NCBI RefSeq assembly: GCF_055900595.2
Contig: NZ_CM148325.1
Length of the DNA stretch: 64,000 nt
Strand: one strand, 5' to 3'
Shown here: positions 32,516 through 45,458 of the stretch, in pieces
Layout of the letters: each line of letters starts with the position of its first letter
How positions within the stretch are numbered: position 1 is the stretch's first letter
Notes under the pieces: model-generated
What the model saw: only the letters and a program-made list of their open reading frames with translations
What the model was told of the DNA's origin: nothing
Databases searched by the model: none
Made by a program: the position numbers and the translations under genes

Positions 32516-33735
32516 AAATTCTGGTCTACGGCATTAACTACTCGCCGGAGTTAACCGGCATCGGCAAATACACCGGCGAGATGGTGGAATGGCTGGCGGC
32601 ACAAGGTCATGAGGTGCGGGTTATTACCGCACCGCCTTACTACCCGCAGTGGCAGGTGGGCGAGAACTATTCCGCCTGGCGCTACAAACGAGAAGAGGGG
32701 GCCGCCACGGTGTGGCGCTGCCCGCTGTACGTGCCAAAACAGCCGAGCACCCTGAAACGCTTGTTGCATCTCGGCAGTTTTGCCGTCAGCAGTTTCTTTC
32801 CACTGATGGCGCAACGTCGCTGGAAGCCGGATCGCATTATCGGCGTAGTGCCAACGCTGTTTTGCACGCCGGGAATGCGCCTGCTGGCGAAGCTCTCTGG
32901 TGCGCGTACCGTGCTGCATATTCAGGATTACGAAGTGGACGCCATGCTGGGGCTGGGCCTTGCCGGAAAAGGCAAAGGCGGCAAAGTGGCACAGCTGGCG
33001 ACGGCGTTCGAACGTAGCGGACTGCATAACGTCGATAACGTCTCCACGATTTCGCGTTCGATGATGAATAAAGCCATCGAAAAAGGCGTGGCGGCGGATA
33101 ACATCATTTTCTTCCCCAACTGGTCGGAAATCGCCCGTTTTCAGCATGTTGCAGACGCCGATGTTGATGCCCTTCGTAACCAGCTTGGCCTGCCGGATAA
33201 CAAAAAAATCATTCTTTACTCCGGCAATATTGGTGAAAAGCAGGGACTGGAAAACGTTATTGAAGCTGCCGATCGCCTGCGCGATGAACCGCTGATTTTT
33301 GCCATTGTCGGGCAGGGCGGCGGCAAAGCGCGGCTGGAAAAAATGGCGCAGCAGCGTGGACTGCGCAACATGCAATTTTTCCCGCTGCAATCGTATGACG
33401 CTTTACCCGCACTGCTGAAGATGGGCGATTGCCATCTGGTGGTGCAAAAACGCGGCGCGGCAGATGCCGTATTGCCGTCGAAACTGACCAATATTCTGGC
33501 AGTAGGCGGTAACGCGGTGATTACTGCTGAAGCCTACACAGAACTGGGGCAGCTTTGCGAAACCTTTCCGGGCATTGCGGTTTGCGTAGAACCGGAATCG
33601 GTCGAGGCGCTGGTGGCGGGGATTCGTCAGGCGCTTCTGCTACCCAAACACAACACGGTGGCACGTGAATATGCCGAACGCACGCTCGATAAAGAGAACG
33701 TGTTACGTCAATTTATAAATGATATTCGGGGATAA
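32512..33735 (+). CDS. wcaI: Colanic acid glycosyltransferase WcaI (GT1, 407 aa)
   Basis: ATG at 32512 overlapping the gmm stop. Confidence 0.9.
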   Translation: MKILVYGINYSPELTGIGKYTGEMVEWLAAQGHEVRVITAPPYYPQWQVGENYSAWRYKREEGAATVWRCPLYVPKQPSTLKRLLHLGSFAVSSFFPLMAQRRWKPDRIIGVVPTLFCTPGMRLLAKLSGARTVLHIQDYEVDAMLGLGLAGKGKGGKVAQLATAFERSGLHNVDNVSTISRSMMNKAIEKGVAADNIIFFPNWSEIARFQHVADADVDALRNQLGLPDNKKIILYSGNIGEKQGLENVIEAADRLRDEPLIFAIVGQGGGKARLEKMAQQRGLRNMQFFPLQSYDALPALLKMGDCHLVVQKRGAADAVLPSKLTNILAVGGNAVITAEAYTELGQLCETFPGIAVCVEPESVEALVAGIRQALLLPKHNTVAREYAERTLDKENVLRQFINDIRG

Positions 33736-33737
33736 TT

Positions 33738-35174
33738 ATGGCGCAGTCGAAACTCTATCCAGTTGTGATGGCAGGTGGCTCCGGTAGCCGCTTATGGCCG
33801 CTTTCCCGCGTACTTTACCCCAAGCAGTTTTTATGCCTGAAAGGCGATCTCACCATGCTGCAAACCACCATCTGCCGCCTGAACGGTGTGGAGTGCGAAA
33901 GCCCGGTGGTGATTTGCAATGAGCAGCACCGCTTTATTGTCGCGGAACAGCTGCGTCAACTGAACAAACTCACCAAGAACATTATTCTCGAACCGGCAGG
34001 GCGTAACACTGCACCTGCCATTGCGCTGGCGGCGCTGGCGGCAAAACGTCATAGCCCGGAGAGCGACCCGTTAATGCTGGTCTTGGCGGCGGATCATGTG
34101 ATTGCCGATGAAGACGCGTTCCGTGCCGCCGTGCGTAATGCCATGCCGTATGCCAAAGCGGGCAAGCTGGTGACCTTCGGCATTGTGCCGGATCTACCTG
34201 AAACCGGTTATGGCTATATTCGTCGCGGTGAAGTGTCGGAGGGTGAGCAGGATACGGTGGCCTTTGAAGTGGCGCAGTTTGTCGAAAAACCGAATCTGGA
34301 AACCGCTCAGGCCTATGTGGCAAGCGGCGAATATTACTGGAACAGCGGTATGTTCCTGTTCCGCGCCGGACGCTATCTCGAAGAACTGAAAAAATATCGC
34401 CCGGATATTCTCGATGCCTGTGAAAAAGCGATGAGCGCCGTCGATCCGGATCTCGATTTTATTCGTGTGGATGAAGAAGCGTTTCTCGCCTGCCCGGAAG
34501 AGTCGGTGGATTACGCGGTCATGGAACGTACGGCAGATGCCGTTGTGGTGCCGATGGATGCGGGCTGGAGTGATGTCGGTTCTTGGTCTTCATTATGGGA
34601 GATCAGCGCCCACACCGCCGAGGGCAACGTTTGCCACGGCGATGTGATTAATCACAAAACTGAAAACAGCTATGTGTACGCCGAATCTGGCCTGGTCACC
34701 ACCGTCGGGGTGAAAGATTTGGTGGTAGTGCAGACCAAAGATGCAGTGCTGATTGCCGACCGTAACGCGGTGCAGGATGTGAAAAAAGTGGTCGAGCAGA
34801 TCAAAGCCGATGGTCGCCATGAGCATCGGGTACATCGCGAAGTGTATCGTCCGTGGGGCAAATATGACTCTATCGACGCGGGCGACCGCTACCAGGTGAA
34901 ACGCATCACCGTGAAACCGGGCGAGGGCTTGTCGGTACAGATGCACCATCACCGCGCGGAACACTGGGTAGTGGTCGCGGGAACGGCAAAAGTCACTATT
35001 GACGGTGATATCAAACTGCTTGGTGAAAACGAGTCCATTTATATTCCGCTGGGGGCGACGCACTGCCTGGAAAACCCGGGGAAAATTCCGCTCGATTTAA
35101 TTGAAGTGCGGTCCGGCTCTTATCTCGAAGAGGATGATGTGGTGCGCTTCGCGGATCGCTACGGACGGGTGTAA
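33738..35174 (+). CDS. cpsB: Mannose-1-phosphate guanylyltransferase CpsB/ManC (478 aa)
   Basis: N-terminal nucleotidyltransferase motif [12 protein letters not shown]; C-terminal cupin. Confidence 0.95.
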   Translation: MAQSKLYPVVMAGGSGSRLWPLSRVLYPKQFLCLKGDLTMLQTTICRLNGVECESPVVICNEQHRFIVAEQLRQLNKLTKNIILEPAGRNTAPAIALAALAAKRHSPESDPLMLVLAADHVIADEDAFRAAVRNAMPYAKAGKLVTFGIVPDLPETGYGYIRRGEVSEGEQDTVAFEVAQFVEKPNLETAQAYVASGEYYWNSGMFLFRAGRYLEELKKYRPDILDACEKAMSAVDPDLDFIRVDEEAFLACPEESVDYAVMERTADAVVVPMDAGWSDVGSWSSLWEISAHTAEGNVCHGDVINHKTENSYVYAESGLVTTVGVKDLVVVQTKDAVLIADRNAVQDVKKVVEQIKADGRHEHRVHREVYRPWGKYDSIDAGDRYQVKRITVKPGEGLSVQMHHHRAEHWVVVAGTAKVTIDGDIKLLGENESIYIPLGATHCLENPGKIPLDLIEVRSGSYLEEDDVVRFADRYGRV

Positions 35175-35177
35175 ACG

Positions 35178-35285
<108 letters not shown>

Positions 35286-35366
35286 GAAACCGCGGTGTAA
35301 ATAACGACAAATATAAAATTGGCCGTTTCGGTCAGGGCCAACTATTGCCTGAAAAAGGGTAACGAC

Positions 35367-36737
35367 ATGAAAAAATTAACCTGCTTTAAAGCCTATGATA
35401 TTCGTGGAAAATTAGGCGAAGAACTGAATGAAGATATTGCCTGGCGCATTGGTCGCGCTTATGGCGAATTTCTCAAACCGAAAACCATTGTGTTAGGCGG
35501 TGATGTCCGCCTCACCAGCGAAACCTTAAAACTGGCGCTGGCGAAAGGTTTACAGGATGCGGGCGTCGATGTGCTGGATATTGGCATGTCCGGCACCGAA
35601 GAGATCTATTTCGCCACGTTCCATCTCGGTGTGGATGGCGGCATTGAAGTTACCGCCAGCCATAATCCGATGGATTATAACGGCATGAAGCTGGTGCGCG
35701 AAGGGGCTCGCCCGATCAGCGGTGATACCGGACTGCGCGATGTCCAGCGTCTGGCAGAAGCCAACGACTTTCCTCCCGTTGATGAAACCAAACGCGGTCG
35801 CTATCAGCAAATCAATCTGCGTGACGCTTACGTTGATCACCTGTTCGGTTATATCAACGTCAAAAACCTCACGCCGCTCAAGCTGGTGATCAACTCCGGG
35901 AACGGCGCAGCGGGTCCGGTGGTGGACGCTATCGAAGCCCGCTTTAACGCCCTCGGCGCTCCGGTGGAATTAATCAAAGTGCACAACACGCCGGACGGCA
36001 ATTTCCCCAACGGTATTCCTAACCCGCTGCTGCCGGAATGCCGCGACGACACCCGCAATGCGGTCATCAAACACGGCGCGGATATGGGCATTGCCTTTGA
36101 TGGCGATTTTGACCGCTGCTTCCTGTTTGACGAAAAAGGGCAGTTTATCGAAGGCTACTACATTGTCGGCCTGCTGGCAGAAGCGTTCCTCGAAAAAAAT
36201 CCCGGCGCGAAGATCATCCACGATCCACGTCTCTCCTGGAACACCGTTGATGTGGTGACTGCCGCTGGCGGCACGCCGGTGATGTCGAAAACCGGACACG
36301 CCTTTATTAAAGAACGTATGCGCAAGGAAGACGCCATCTACGGTGGCGAAATGAGCGCCCACCATTACTTCCGTGATTTCGCTTACTGCGACAGCGGCAT
36401 GATCCCGTGGCTGCTGGTCGCCGAACTGGTGTGCCTGAAAGATAAAACGCTGGGCGAACTGGTACGCGACCGGATGGCGGCGTTTCCGGCAAGCGGTGAG
36501 ATCAACAGCAAACTGGCGCAACCCGTTGAGGCGATTAACCGCGTGGAACAGCATTTTAGCCGTGAGGCGCTGGCGGTGGATCGCACCGATGGCATCAGCA
36601 TGACCTTTGCCGACTGGCGCTTTAACCTGCGCTCCTCCAACACCGAACCGGTGGTGCGGTTGAATGTGGAATCGCGCGGTGATGTGCCGCTGATGGAAGC
36701 GCGAACGCGAACTCTGCTGGCGTTGCTGAACGAGTAA
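35367..36737 (+). CDS. cpsG: Phosphomannomutase CpsG/ManB (456 aa)
   Basis: ATG at 35367 ([14 protein letters not shown]...); track ORF used an upstream TTG. Active-site context TASHNP. Confidence 0.95.
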   Translation: MKKLTCFKAYDIRGKLGEELNEDIAWRIGRAYGEFLKPKTIVLGGDVRLTSETLKLALAKGLQDAGVDVLDIGMSGTEEIYFATFHLGVDGGIEVTASHNPMDYNGMKLVREGARPISGDTGLRDVQRLAEANDFPPVDETKRGRYQQINLRDAYVDHLFGYINVKNLTPLKLVINSGNGAAGPVVDAIEARFNALGAPVELIKVHNTPDGNFPNGIPNPLLPECRDDTRNAVIKHGADMGIAFDGDFDRCFLFDEKGQFIEGYYIVGLLAEAFLEKNPGAKIIHDPRLSWNTVDVVTAAGGTPVMSKTGHAFIKERMRKEDAIYGGEMSAHHYFRDFAYCDSGMIPWLLVAELVCLKDKTLGELVRDRMAAFPASGEINSKLAQPVEAINRVEQHFSREALAVDRTDGISMTFADWRFNLRSSNTEPVVRLNVESRGDVPLMEARTRTLLALLNE

Positions 36738-36791
36738 TGTCGGATCTTCCCTTACCCCATTGCGGGTAAGGGGCTAATAACAGGAACAACG

Positions 36792-38186
36792 ATGACAAAT
36801 CTAAAAAAGCGCGAGCGAGCGAAAACCAATGCATCGTTAATCTCTATGGTGCAACGCTTTTCAGATATCACCATCATGTTTGCCGGACTATGGCTGGTTT
36901 GCGAAGTGAGCGGACTGTCATTCCTCTACATGCACCTGTTGGTGGCGCTGATTACGCTGGTGGTGTTCCAGATGCTGGGCGGCATCACCGATTTTTATCG
37001 CTCATGGCGCGGTGTTCGGGCAGCGACAGAATTTGCCCTGTTGCTACAAAACTGGACCTTAAGCGTGATTTTCAGCGCCGGACTGGTGGCGTTCAACAAT
37101 GATTTCGACACGCAACTGAAAATCTGGCTGGCGTGGTATGGGCTGACCAGCATCGGACTGGTGGTTTGCCGTTCATGTATTCGCATTGGGGCGGGCTGGC
37201 TGCGTAATCATGGCTATAACAAGCGCATGGTCGCGGTGGCGGGGGATTTAGCCGCCGGACAAATGCTGATGGAGAGCTTCCGTAATCAGCCGTGGTTAGG
37301 GTTTGAAGTGGTGGGTATATACCACGACCCGAAACCGGGCGGCGTTTCTAACGACTGGGCGGGCAATCTGCAACAGCTGGTCGAGGATGCGAAAGCGGGC
37401 AAGATTCATAACGTCTATATCGCGATGCAAATGTGCGACGGCGCGCGAGTGAAAAAACTGGTCCATCAACTGGCGGACACCACCTGTTCGGTGCTGCTGA
37501 TCCCCGATGTCTTTACCTTCAACATTCTCCATTCACGTCTCGAAGAGATGAACGGCGTTCCGGTGGTGCCGCTTTACGACACGCCGCTTTCCGGGGTTAA
37601 CCGCCTGCTCAAACGTGCGGAAGACATTGTGCTGGCGACGCTTATCCTGCTGCTGATCTCTCCGGTGCTGTGCTGTATTGCGCTGGCGGTGAAACTCAGT
37701 TCACCAGGACCGGTTATTTTCCGCCAGACTCGCTATGGCATGGATGGTAAACCGATCAAAGTGTGGAAGTTTCGTTCCATGAAAGTGATGGAGAACGACA
37801 AAGTCGTGACTCAGGCGACGCAGAACGATCCGCGCGTCACCAAAGTGGGGAACTTTCTGCGCCGCACCTCGCTGGATGAATTGCCGCAGTTTATCAATGT
37901 GCTGACCGGCGGGATGTCGATTGTCGGGCCACGTCCACACGCGGTGGCGCATAACGAACAGTATCGACAGCTCATTGAAGGCTACATGCTGCGCCATAAG
38001 GTGAAACCGGGCATTACCGGCTGGGCGCAGATTAACGGCTGGCGCGGCGAAACCGACACACTGGAGAAAATGGAAAAACGCGTCGAGTTCGACCTTGAGT
38101 ACATCCGCGAATGGAGCGTCTGGTTCGATATCAAAATCGTTTTCCTGACGGTGTTCAAAGGTTTCGTTAACAAAGCGGCATATTGA
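36792..38186 (+). CDS. wcaJ: UDP-glucose:undecaprenyl-phosphate glucose-1-phosphate transferase WcaJ (464 aa)
   Basis: Polyisoprenyl-phosphate hexose-1-phosphate transferase C-terminal domain; synteny. Confidence 0.92.
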   Translation: MTNLKKRERAKTNASLISMVQRFSDITIMFAGLWLVCEVSGLSFLYMHLLVALITLVVFQMLGGITDFYRSWRGVRAATEFALLLQNWTLSVIFSAGLVAFNNDFDTQLKIWLAWYGLTSIGLVVCRSCIRIGAGWLRNHGYNKRMVAVAGDLAAGQMLMESFRNQPWLGFEVVGIYHDPKPGGVSNDWAGNLQQLVEDAKAGKIHNVYIAMQMCDGARVKKLVHQLADTTCSVLLIPDVFTFNILHSRLEEMNGVPVVPLYDTPLSGVNRLLKRAEDIVLATLILLLISPVLCCIALAVKLSSPGPVIFRQTRYGMDGKPIKVWKFRSMKVMENDKVVTQATQNDPRVTKVGNFLRRTSLDELPQFINVLTGGMSIVGPRPHAVAHNEQYRQLIEGYMLRHKVKPGITGWAQINGWRGETDTLEKMEKRVEFDLEYIREWSVWFDIKIVFLTVFKGFVNKAAY

Positions 38187-38187
38187 T

Positions 38188-39666
38188 ATGAGCTTACGTG
38201 AAAAAACCATCAGCGGCGCGAAGTGGTCGGCGATTGCCACGGTGATCATCATCGGCCTCGGGCTGGTGCAGATGACCGTGCTGGCGCGGATTATCGACAA
38301 CCACCAGTTCGGCTTGCTGACTGTGTCGCTGGTAATCATCGCGCTGGCAGATACGCTTTCTGACTTCGGTATCGCTAACTCCATTATTCAGCGAAAAGAA
38401 ATCAGTCACCTGGAACTTACCACGTTGTACTGGCTGAACGTCGGGCTGGGGCTTGTGGTGTGCGTGGCGGTGTTTTTGTTGAGTGATGCCATTGGTGACG
38501 TGCTGAATAACCCGGACCTAGCACCGTTGATTAAAACATTGTCGCTGGCGTTTGTGGTGATCCCCCACGGGCAGCAGTTCCGCGCGTTGATGCAGAAGGA
38601 GCTGGAGTTCAACAAAATCGGCATGATCGAAACCAGCGCGGTGCTGGCGGGCTTCACTTTTACGGTGGTTAGCGCCCATTTCTGGCCGCTGGCGATGACC
38701 GCGATCCTCGGTTATCTGGTCAATAGTGCGGTGAGAACGCTGCTGTTTGGCTACTTTGGTCGAAAAATTTATCGCCCCGGTCTACATTTCTCGCTGGCGT
38801 CGGTGGCACCGAACTTACGCTTTGGTGCCTGGCTGACGGCGGACAGCATCATCAACTATCTCAACACCAACCTTTCAACGCTGGTGCTGGCGCGTATTCT
38901 CGGCGCGGGCGTGGCAGGGGGCTACAACCTGGCTTACAACGTGGCCGTTGTGCCGCCGATGAAGCTGAACCCCATCATCACCCGCGTGTTATTTCCGGCA
39001 TTCGCCAAAATTCAGGACGACACCGAAAAGCTGCGCGTGAACTTCTACAAGCTGCTGTCGGTGGTGGGGATTATCAACTTTCCGGCGCTGCTCGGGCTGA
39101 TGGTGGTGTCGAATAACTTTGTACCGCTGGTCTTTGGTGAGAAGTGGAACAGCATTATTCCGGTGCTGCAATTGCTGTGTGTGGTGGGTCTGCTGCGTTC
39201 CGTAGGTAACCCGATTGGTTCGCTGCTGATGGCGAAAGCGCGGGTCGATATCAGCTTTAAATTCAACGTATTCAAAACCTTTCTGTTTGTTCCGGCGATT
39301 GTTATTGGTGGGCAGATGGCGGGCGCAATCGGCGTCACGCTCGGTTTCCTGTTGGTGCAGATTATCAACACCATTCTGAGTTACTTCGTGATGATTAAAC
39401 CGGTTCTTGGTTCCAGTTATCGCCAGTACATCCTGAGTTTGTGGCTGCCGTTTTATCTCTCGCTGCCGACGCTGGTGGTCAGTTATGTGCTGGGCATTGT
39501 GCTGAAAGGGCAACTGGCGCTGGGGATGCTGCTGGCGGTGCAAATAGCCGCGGGCGTGCTGGCGTTTGTGGTGATGATTGTGCCGTCGCGCCATCCGCTG
39601 GTGGTGGAAGTGAAGCGTCAGTTTTGTCGCAGCGAAAAAATGAAAATGCTTTTACGGGCGGGGTGA
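38188..39666 (+). CDS. wzxC: Colanic acid repeat-unit flippase WzxC (492 aa)
   Basis: Polytopic membrane protein; synteny. Confidence 0.92.
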   Translation: MSLREKTISGAKWSAIATVIIIGLGLVQMTVLARIIDNHQFGLLTVSLVIIALADTLSDFGIANSIIQRKEISHLELTTLYWLNVGLGLVVCVAVFLLSDAIGDVLNNPDLAPLIKTLSLAFVVIPHGQQFRALMQKELEFNKIGMIETSAVLAGFTFTVVSAHFWPLAMTAILGYLVNSAVRTLLFGYFGRKIYRPGLHFSLASVAPNLRFGAWLTADSIINYLNTNLSTLVLARILGAGVAGGYNLAYNVAVVPPMKLNPIITRVLFPAFAKIQDDTEKLRVNFYKLLSVVGIINFPALLGLMVVSNNFVPLVFGEKWNSIIPVLQLLCVVGLLRSVGNPIGSLLMAKARVDISFKFNVFKTFLFVPAIVIGGQMAGAIGVTLGFLLVQIINTILSYFVMIKPVLGSSYRQYILSLWLPFYLSLPTLVVSYVLGIVLKGQLALGMLLAVQIAAGVLAFVVMIVPSRHPLVVEVKRQFCRSEKMKMLLRAG

Positions 39667-39694
39667 GTTGTTGTTTTCGGTTCCGACAACGGTT

Positions 39695-40172
39695 GCCGGG
39701 TGCAGCGTAAAACGCCTTATCCATCCTACGGTTCTGTGCTCGGGACCTGTAGGCCTGATAAGACGCGTCAGCGTCGCATCAGGCACTGAATGCCGGATGC
39801 GGTGTGAACGCCTTATCCGGCCTACGGTTCAGGGCTTGGATCTTGTAGGCCCGATAAGACGCGCCAGCGTCGCATCAGGCACTGAATGCCGGATGCGGCG
39901 TAAAACGCCTTATCCGGCCTACGGTTCTGTGCTCGGGTCTTGTAGGCCTGATAAGACGCGCCAGCGTCGCATCAGGCACTGAATGCCGGATGCGGCGTGA
40001 ACGCCTTATCCATCCTACGGTTCTGTGCTCGGGACCTGTAGGCCTGATAAGACGCGTCAGCGTCGCATCAGGCACTGAATGCCGGATGCGGCGTGAACGC
40101 CTTATCCGGCCTACGGTTCTGTGCTTGGATCTTGTAGGCCTGATAAGAGGCGTCAGCGTCGCATCAGGCAAA
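39695..40172. repeat. Large BIME array: about five tandem units (period about 94-101 bp) of alternating REP palindromes
   Basis: Repeated gcctgataagacgcg...cgtcgcatcaggc and gccggatgcggcg...gccttatccggcctacgg units between wzxC and wcaK. Confidence 0.85.
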
Positions 40173-40230
40173 AAGCGGCAACGAACAAAACAAACGCAGC
40201 CTCACCTGGCATCAAATTTATGAGGAAAAA

Positions 40231-41511
40231 ATGAAATTACTTATTCTGGGCAACCACACTTGCGGCAATCGTGGCGACAGCGCCATCCTGCGCGGCTTAC
40301 TTGATGCCATCAACATCCTCAATCCACAAGCCGAAGTGGACGTGATGAGCCGCTATCCGGTCAGTTCTTCCTGGCTGCTCAACCGCCCGGTAATGGGTGA
40401 TCCGCTGTTCCTTCAAATGAAACAACACAACAGCGCGGCGGGCGTTGTCGGGCGCGTTAAAAAAGTCCTCCGTCGCCGCTATCAGCACCAGGTACTGCTC
40501 TCGCGCGTCACCGACACTGGCAAGCTGCGTAATATCGCCATCGCCCAGGGATTCACCGACTTCGTGCGCCTGCTGTCAGGTTACGACGCCATTATCCAGG
40601 TCGGCGGATCGTTTTTTGTCGATCTCTATGGCGTGCCGCAGTTTGAACATGCACTTTGCACGTTTATGGCGAAAAAGCCGCTGTTTATGATTGGTCACAG
40701 TGTTGGCCCGTTCCAGGATGAGCAATTTAACCAACTGGCGAACTATGTTTTTGGTCACTGTGACGCGCTGATCCTGCGCGAATCGGTCAGCCTTGATTTG
40801 ATGAAACGCAGCAATATCACCACTGCAAAAGTGGAACATGGCGTCGATACTGCGTGGCTGGTCGATCACCACACCGAAGATTTCACCGCCAGCTATGCCG
40901 TCCAACACTGGCTGGACGTTGCCGCACAACAGAAAACGGTGGCAATTACCCTGCGCGAACTGGCACCGTTCGACAAACGTCTCGGCACCACTCAACAAGC
41001 GTATGAAAAAGCCTTTGCCGGGGTGGTCAATCGCATTCTCGACGAAGGCTATCAGGTTATTGCGCTCTCCACCTGTACGGGTATCGACAGCTATAACAAA
41101 GACGACCGCATGGTGGCGCTCAACCTGCGCCAGCACATCAGCGATCCTGCCCGTTACCACGTAGTGATGGATGAACTCAACGATCTGGAAATGGGCAAAA
41201 TTCTCGGAGCCTGTGAACTCACCGTCGGTACGCGCCTGCACTCCGCCATTATCTCAATGAACTTTGCTACTCCGGCGATTGCCATCAATTATGAACATAA
41301 ATCCGCCGGGATTATGCAGCAGCTGGGACTACCGGAGATGGCAATTGATATCCGTCATTTATTAGACGGCAGCCTGCAAGCGATGGTTGCGGATACCTTA
41401 GGCCAGCTTCCGGCGCTGAACGCACGACTTAGCGAAGCCGTCAGTCGTGAGCGTCAGACGGGAATGCAGATGGTGCAGTCCGTACTGGAACGCATCGGGG
41501 AGGTGAAATGA
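40231..41511 (+). CDS. wcaK: Colanic acid pyruvyltransferase WcaK (426 aa)
   Basis: ATG at 40231; synteny and length. Confidence 0.9.
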   Translation: MKLLILGNHTCGNRGDSAILRGLLDAINILNPQAEVDVMSRYPVSSSWLLNRPVMGDPLFLQMKQHNSAAGVVGRVKKVLRRRYQHQVLLSRVTDTGKLRNIAIAQGFTDFVRLLSGYDAIIQVGGSFFVDLYGVPQFEHALCTFMAKKPLFMIGHSVGPFQDEQFNQLANYVFGHCDALILRESVSLDLMKRSNITTAKVEHGVDTAWLVDHHTEDFTASYAVQHWLDVAAQQKTVAITLRELAPFDKRLGTTQQAYEKAFAGVVNRILDEGYQVIALSTCTGIDSYNKDDRMVALNLRQHISDPARYHVVMDELNDLEMGKILGACELTVGTRLHSAIISMNFATPAIAINYEHKSAGIMQQLGLPEMAIDIRHLLDGSLQAMVADTLGQLPALNARLSEAVSRERQTGMQMVQSVLERIGEVK

Positions 41512-42728
41512 AGGTCGGCTTCTTCTTATTGAAATTTCCGCTGTCGTCAGAAACCTTCGTTCTTAACCAAATCACTGCGTTTATTGATATGGGCTTTGAA
41601 GTGGAGATTGTCGCGCTGCAAAAAGGCGACACACAAAACACCCACGCGGCATGGACGAAATACAACCTTGCCGCCAGAACCCGCTGGTTACAGGACGAAC
41701 CTACGGGCAAAGTGGCGAAACTGCGCCACCGAGCCAGTCAGACCTTGCGCGGCATTCATCGTAAAAATACCTGGCAGGCGCTCAACCTCAAACGCTATGG
41801 TGCCGAGTCGCGGAACCTGATTTTGTCTGCCATTTGCGGTCAGGTCGCAACACCGTTTCGCGCCGATGTGTTCATCGCTCATTTTGGCCCGGCGGGGGTA
41901 ACCGCAGCAAAACTACGCGAACTGGGTGTCATTCGCGGCAAAATTGCCACTATTTTCCACGGCATTGATATTTCCAGTCGGGAAGTGCTCAACCATTACA
42001 CTCCCGAATATCAACAACTGTTTCGACGTGGCGACCTGATGTTACCGATAAGCGATCTGTGGGCCGGAAGGCTGCAAAAAATGGGCTGCCCGAGGGAAAA
42101 AATCGCCGTATCGCGCATGGGCGTAGATATGACGCGCTTTAGCCCGCGTCCGGTGAAAGCGCCCGCAACACCGCTGGAGATTATTTCCGTCGCACGCTTA
42201 ACCGAGAAAAAAGGCCTGCATGTGGCGATTGAAGCCTGCCGTCAGTTGAAAGAGCAGGGCGTGGCATTTCGCTATCGCATCCTCGGCATTGGCCCGTGGG
42301 AACGACGCCTGCGTACCCTCATCGAACAATATCAACTGGAAGATGTGGTAGAGATGCCTGGCTTTAAACCGAGCCATGAAGTGAAAGCGATGCTCGACGA
42401 CGCGGATGTCTTCCTGTTGCCATCGGTAACGGGCGCGGATGGTGATATGGAAGGCATTCCGGTAGCGCTCATGGAAGCGATGGCGGTCGGCATTCCAGTA
42501 GTTTCCACTCTGCATAGCGGAATACCGGAACTGGTGGAGGCCGATAAATCCGGCTGGCTGGTGCCTGAGAACGATGCTCGCGCACTGGCACAACGTCTGG
42601 CGGCATTTAGCCAACTGGACACTGACGAACTGGCTCCGGTTGTCAAAAGTGCGCGCGAAAAAGTCGAACACGATTTTAACCAGCAGGTGATCAATCGAGA
42701 ACTCGCCAGCTTGCTGCAGGCTTTATAG
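41508..42728 (+). CDS. wcaL: Colanic acid glycosyltransferase WcaL (GT1, 406 aa)
   Basis: ATG at 41508 overlapping the wcaK stop. Confidence 0.9.
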   Translation: MKVGFFLLKFPLSSETFVLNQITAFIDMGFEVEIVALQKGDTQNTHAAWTKYNLAARTRWLQDEPTGKVAKLRHRASQTLRGIHRKNTWQALNLKRYGAESRNLILSAICGQVATPFRADVFIAHFGPAGVTAAKLRELGVIRGKIATIFHGIDISSREVLNHYTPEYQQLFRRGDLMLPISDLWAGRLQKMGCPREKIAVSRMGVDMTRFSPRPVKAPATPLEIISVARLTEKKGLHVAIEACRQLKEQGVAFRYRILGIGPWERRLRTLIEQYQLEDVVEMPGFKPSHEVKAMLDDADVFLLPSVTGADGDMEGIPVALMEAMAVGIPVVSTLHSGIPELVEADKSGWLVPENDARALAQRLAAFSQLDTDELAPVVKSAREKVEHDFNQQVINRELASLLQAL

Positions 42729-42738
42729 AGGAGAACGC

Positions 42739-44133
42739 ATGCCATTTAAAACACTCTCCCGACGCACCTTCCTGACGGCAAGCTCGGCGCTTGCCTTCCT
42801 CCATACCCCTTTCGCTCGCGCACTTCCCGCCCGACAAAGCGTTAACATTAACGACTACAACCCTCACGACTGGATCGCCTCATTTAAACAAGCCTTCAGC
42901 GAAGGGCAAACGGTCGTCGTGCCTGCTGGATTCGTTTGTGACAATATCAACACCGGCATCTTCATCCCTCCCGGCAAAACGTTACACATCCTTGGAAGCC
43001 TGCGCGGCAACGGCAGAGGGCGATTTGTCTTACAGGACGGCAGCCAGGTGACAGGGGAGGAGGGCGGCAGTATGCATAACATCACCCTGGATGTGCGTGG
43101 TTCTGACTGCACCATCAAAGGGCTGGCGATGAGCGGCTTTGGCCCGGTAACGCAGATTTATATCGGCGGCAAAAACAAACGGGTCATGCGCAACCTGACC
43201 ATCGATAACCTCACTGTCAGCCACGCTAATTACGCCATCTTACGCCAGGGATTTCATAACCAGATAATCGGTGCCAACATCACCAACTGTAAATTTAGTG
43301 ATTTACAGGGCGACGCCATTGAATGGAACGTGGCGATTAACGACCGTGATATTTTGATATCTGACCATGTCATCGAGCGCATCAACTGTACTAATGGCAA
43401 AATCAACTGGGGCATTGGCATAGGCCTTGCTGGAAGCACTTATGATAATAATTACCCGGAAGACCAGACAGTGAAAAACTTTGTCGTGGCGAATATCACG
43501 GGATCGGATTGTCGGCAGTTGATCCATGTTGAAAATGGCAAACATTTTGTTATCCGTAATATCAAAGCCCGCAATATCACGCCGGATTTCAGTAAGAAAG
43601 CAGGTATTGATAACGCGACGGTCGCTATTTACGGTTGTGACAATTTTGTGATTGATAATATTGAAATGATTAATAGCGCCGGAATGTTAATCGGCTATGG
43701 GGTAATTAAAGGCAAATATCTCTCGATACCGCAAAATTTCAGAGTGAATAATATTCAACTGGATAATACCCACCTTGCTTACAAATTGCGCGGCATCCAA
43801 ATCTCTGCCGGGAATGCCGTCTCCTTTGTGGCACTGACTAACATTGAGATGAAGCGTGCGTCGCTGGAGTTACACAACAAACCGCAACATCTTTTTATGC
43901 GTAATATCAAGGTGATGCAGGAATCCTCAATTGGACCCGCATTGAGCATGAACTTCGACATGCGCAAAGACGTTCGCGGCGTCTTTATGGCGAAAAAAGA
44001 AACACTGCTGTCACTTGCAAATGTTCATGCGGTGAATGAAAGAGGGCAAAGCTCCGTCGATATCGACAGGATTAATCACCATATTGTTAATGTGGAAAAG
44101 ATTAACTTTAGATTGCCGGAACGGAGAGAGTAG
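42739..44133 (+). CDS. wcaM: Colanic acid biosynthesis protein WcaM (464 aa) with Tat-like signal
   Basis: N-terminus [21 protein letters not shown] (twin-arginine-like); beta-helix-like repeats. Confidence 0.9.
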   Translation: MPFKTLSRRTFLTASSALAFLHTPFARALPARQSVNINDYNPHDWIASFKQAFSEGQTVVVPAGFVCDNINTGIFIPPGKTLHILGSLRGNGRGRFVLQDGSQVTGEEGGSMHNITLDVRGSDCTIKGLAMSGFGPVTQIYIGGKNKRVMRNLTIDNLTVSHANYAILRQGFHNQIIGANITNCKFSDLQGDAIEWNVAINDRDILISDHVIERINCTNGKINWGIGIGLAGSTYDNNYPEDQTVKNFVVANITGSDCRQLIHVENGKHFVIRNIKARNITPDFSKKAGIDNATVAIYGCDNFVIDNIEMINSAGMLIGYGVIKGKYLSIPQNFRVNNIQLDNTHLAYKLRGIQISAGNAVSFVALTNIEMKRASLELHNKPQHLFMRNIKVMQESSIGPALSMNFDMRKDVRGVFMAKKETLLSLANVHAVNERGQSSVDIDRINHHIVNVEKINFRLPERRE

Positions 44134-44307
44134 ATTTGCGACCATTCCTGGAAAAATGGAGCCATACTTAGGAACAATGCTACTGCAATCCACAACGAAG
44201 CGGCGTAACATCACAAGTAATTCAGTAATCAATTCAGGGTAATTGATGCTGGCGAAAAAAATCGAACAAGCTATAATTCAGCAACCATTTTACAGGTGGA
44301 TGAAATA

Positions 44308-45201
44308 ATGACGAATTTAAAAGCAGTTATTCCTGTAGCGGGTCTTGGGATGCATATGTTGCCTGCCACTAAGGCGATTCCCAAAGAGATGCTACCGATC
44401 GTCGACAAGCCAATGATTCAGTACATTGTTGACGAGATTGTGGCTGCAGGGATCAAAGAAATCCTCCTGGTAACTCACGCGTCCAAGAACGCGGTCGAAA
44501 ACCACTTCGACACCTCTTATGAATTAGAATCTCTTCTTGAGCAGCGCGTGAAGCGTCAACTGCTTGCGGAAGTGCAGTCCATCTGTCCACCGGGCGTGAC
44601 CATTATGAACGTGCGTCAGGGCGAACCTTTAGGTTTAGGCCACTCCATTTTATGTGCACGACCCGCCATTGGTGACAATCCATTTGTCGTGGTGCTGCCA
44701 GACGTTGTGATCGACGACGCCAGCGCCGACCCGCTGCGCTACAACCTTGCTGCCATGATTGCACGATTCAACGAAACGGGTCGTAGCCAGGTGCTGGCAA
44801 AACGTATGCCGGGTGACCTCTCTGAATACTCGGTCATCCAGACCAAAGAACCACTGGACCGTGAAGGTAAAGTCAGCCGCATTGTTGAATTTATCGAAAA
44901 ACCGGATCAGCCGCAGACGTTGGACTCAGACATCATGGCCGTTGGTCGCTATGTGCTTTCTGCCGATATTTGGCCGGAACTTGAATGCACGCAGCCAGGT
45001 GCATGGGGGCGTATTCAGCTGACTGATGCCATCGCTGAACTGGCGAAAAAACAGTCCGTTGATGCCATGCTGATGACAGGTGACAGCTACGACTGCGGTA
45101 AAAAAATGGGTTATATGCAGGCATTTGTGAAGTATGGACTACGCAACCTGAAAGAAGGGGCGAAGTTCCGTAAAGGGATTGAGAAGCTGTTAAGCGAATA
45201 A
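44308..45201 (+). CDS. galF: UTP-glucose-1-phosphate uridylyltransferase-like regulatory subunit GalF (297 aa)
   Basis: ATG at 44308 ([28 protein letters not shown]...); track ORF used an upstream GTG. Confidence 0.93.
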   Translation: MTNLKAVIPVAGLGMHMLPATKAIPKEMLPIVDKPMIQYIVDEIVAAGIKEILLVTHASKNAVENHFDTSYELESLLEQRVKRQLLAEVQSICPPGVTIMNVRQGEPLGLGHSILCARPAIGDNPFVVVLPDVVIDDASADPLRYNLAAMIARFNETGRSQVLAKRMPGDLSEYSVIQTKEPLDREGKVSRIVEFIEKPDQPQTLDSDIMAVGRYVLSADIWPELECTQPGAWGRIQLTDAIAELAKKQSVDAMLMTGDSYDCGKKMGYMQAFVKYGLRNLKEGAKFRKGIEKLLSE

Positions 45202-45458
45202 TGAAATCTGACCGGATGTAACGGTTGATAAGAAAATTATAACGGCAGTGAAGATTCGTGGCGAAAGTAATTTGTTGCGAATATTCCTGCCGTTGTTTTA
45301 TATAAACAATCAGAATAACAACGAGTTAGCAATAGGATTTTAGTCAAAGTTTTCCAGGATTTTCCTTGTTTCCAGAGCGGATTGGTAAGACAATTAGCGT
45401 TTGAATTTTTCGAGCTAAGCGCGAGTGGGTAACGCTCGTCACATCGTAGACATGCATG

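Noticed and set aside
39695-40172. Possible CRISPR array (regular ~95-bp repeats)
   Set aside because: The sequences between palindromes are themselves repeated rather than unique spacers, the repeat sequences match REP/BIME consensus, and no cas genes are nearby.
39668-40223. ORFs within the BIME array (39668..39982 +, 39875..40171 -, 39990..40223 +) and other REP-derived ORFs (18093..18287 -, 18490..18690 -, 11167..11388 -)
   Set aside because: Translations such as MPDATLTRLIRPT... are the characteristic product of reading through REP palindromes; repetitive, with no start context.
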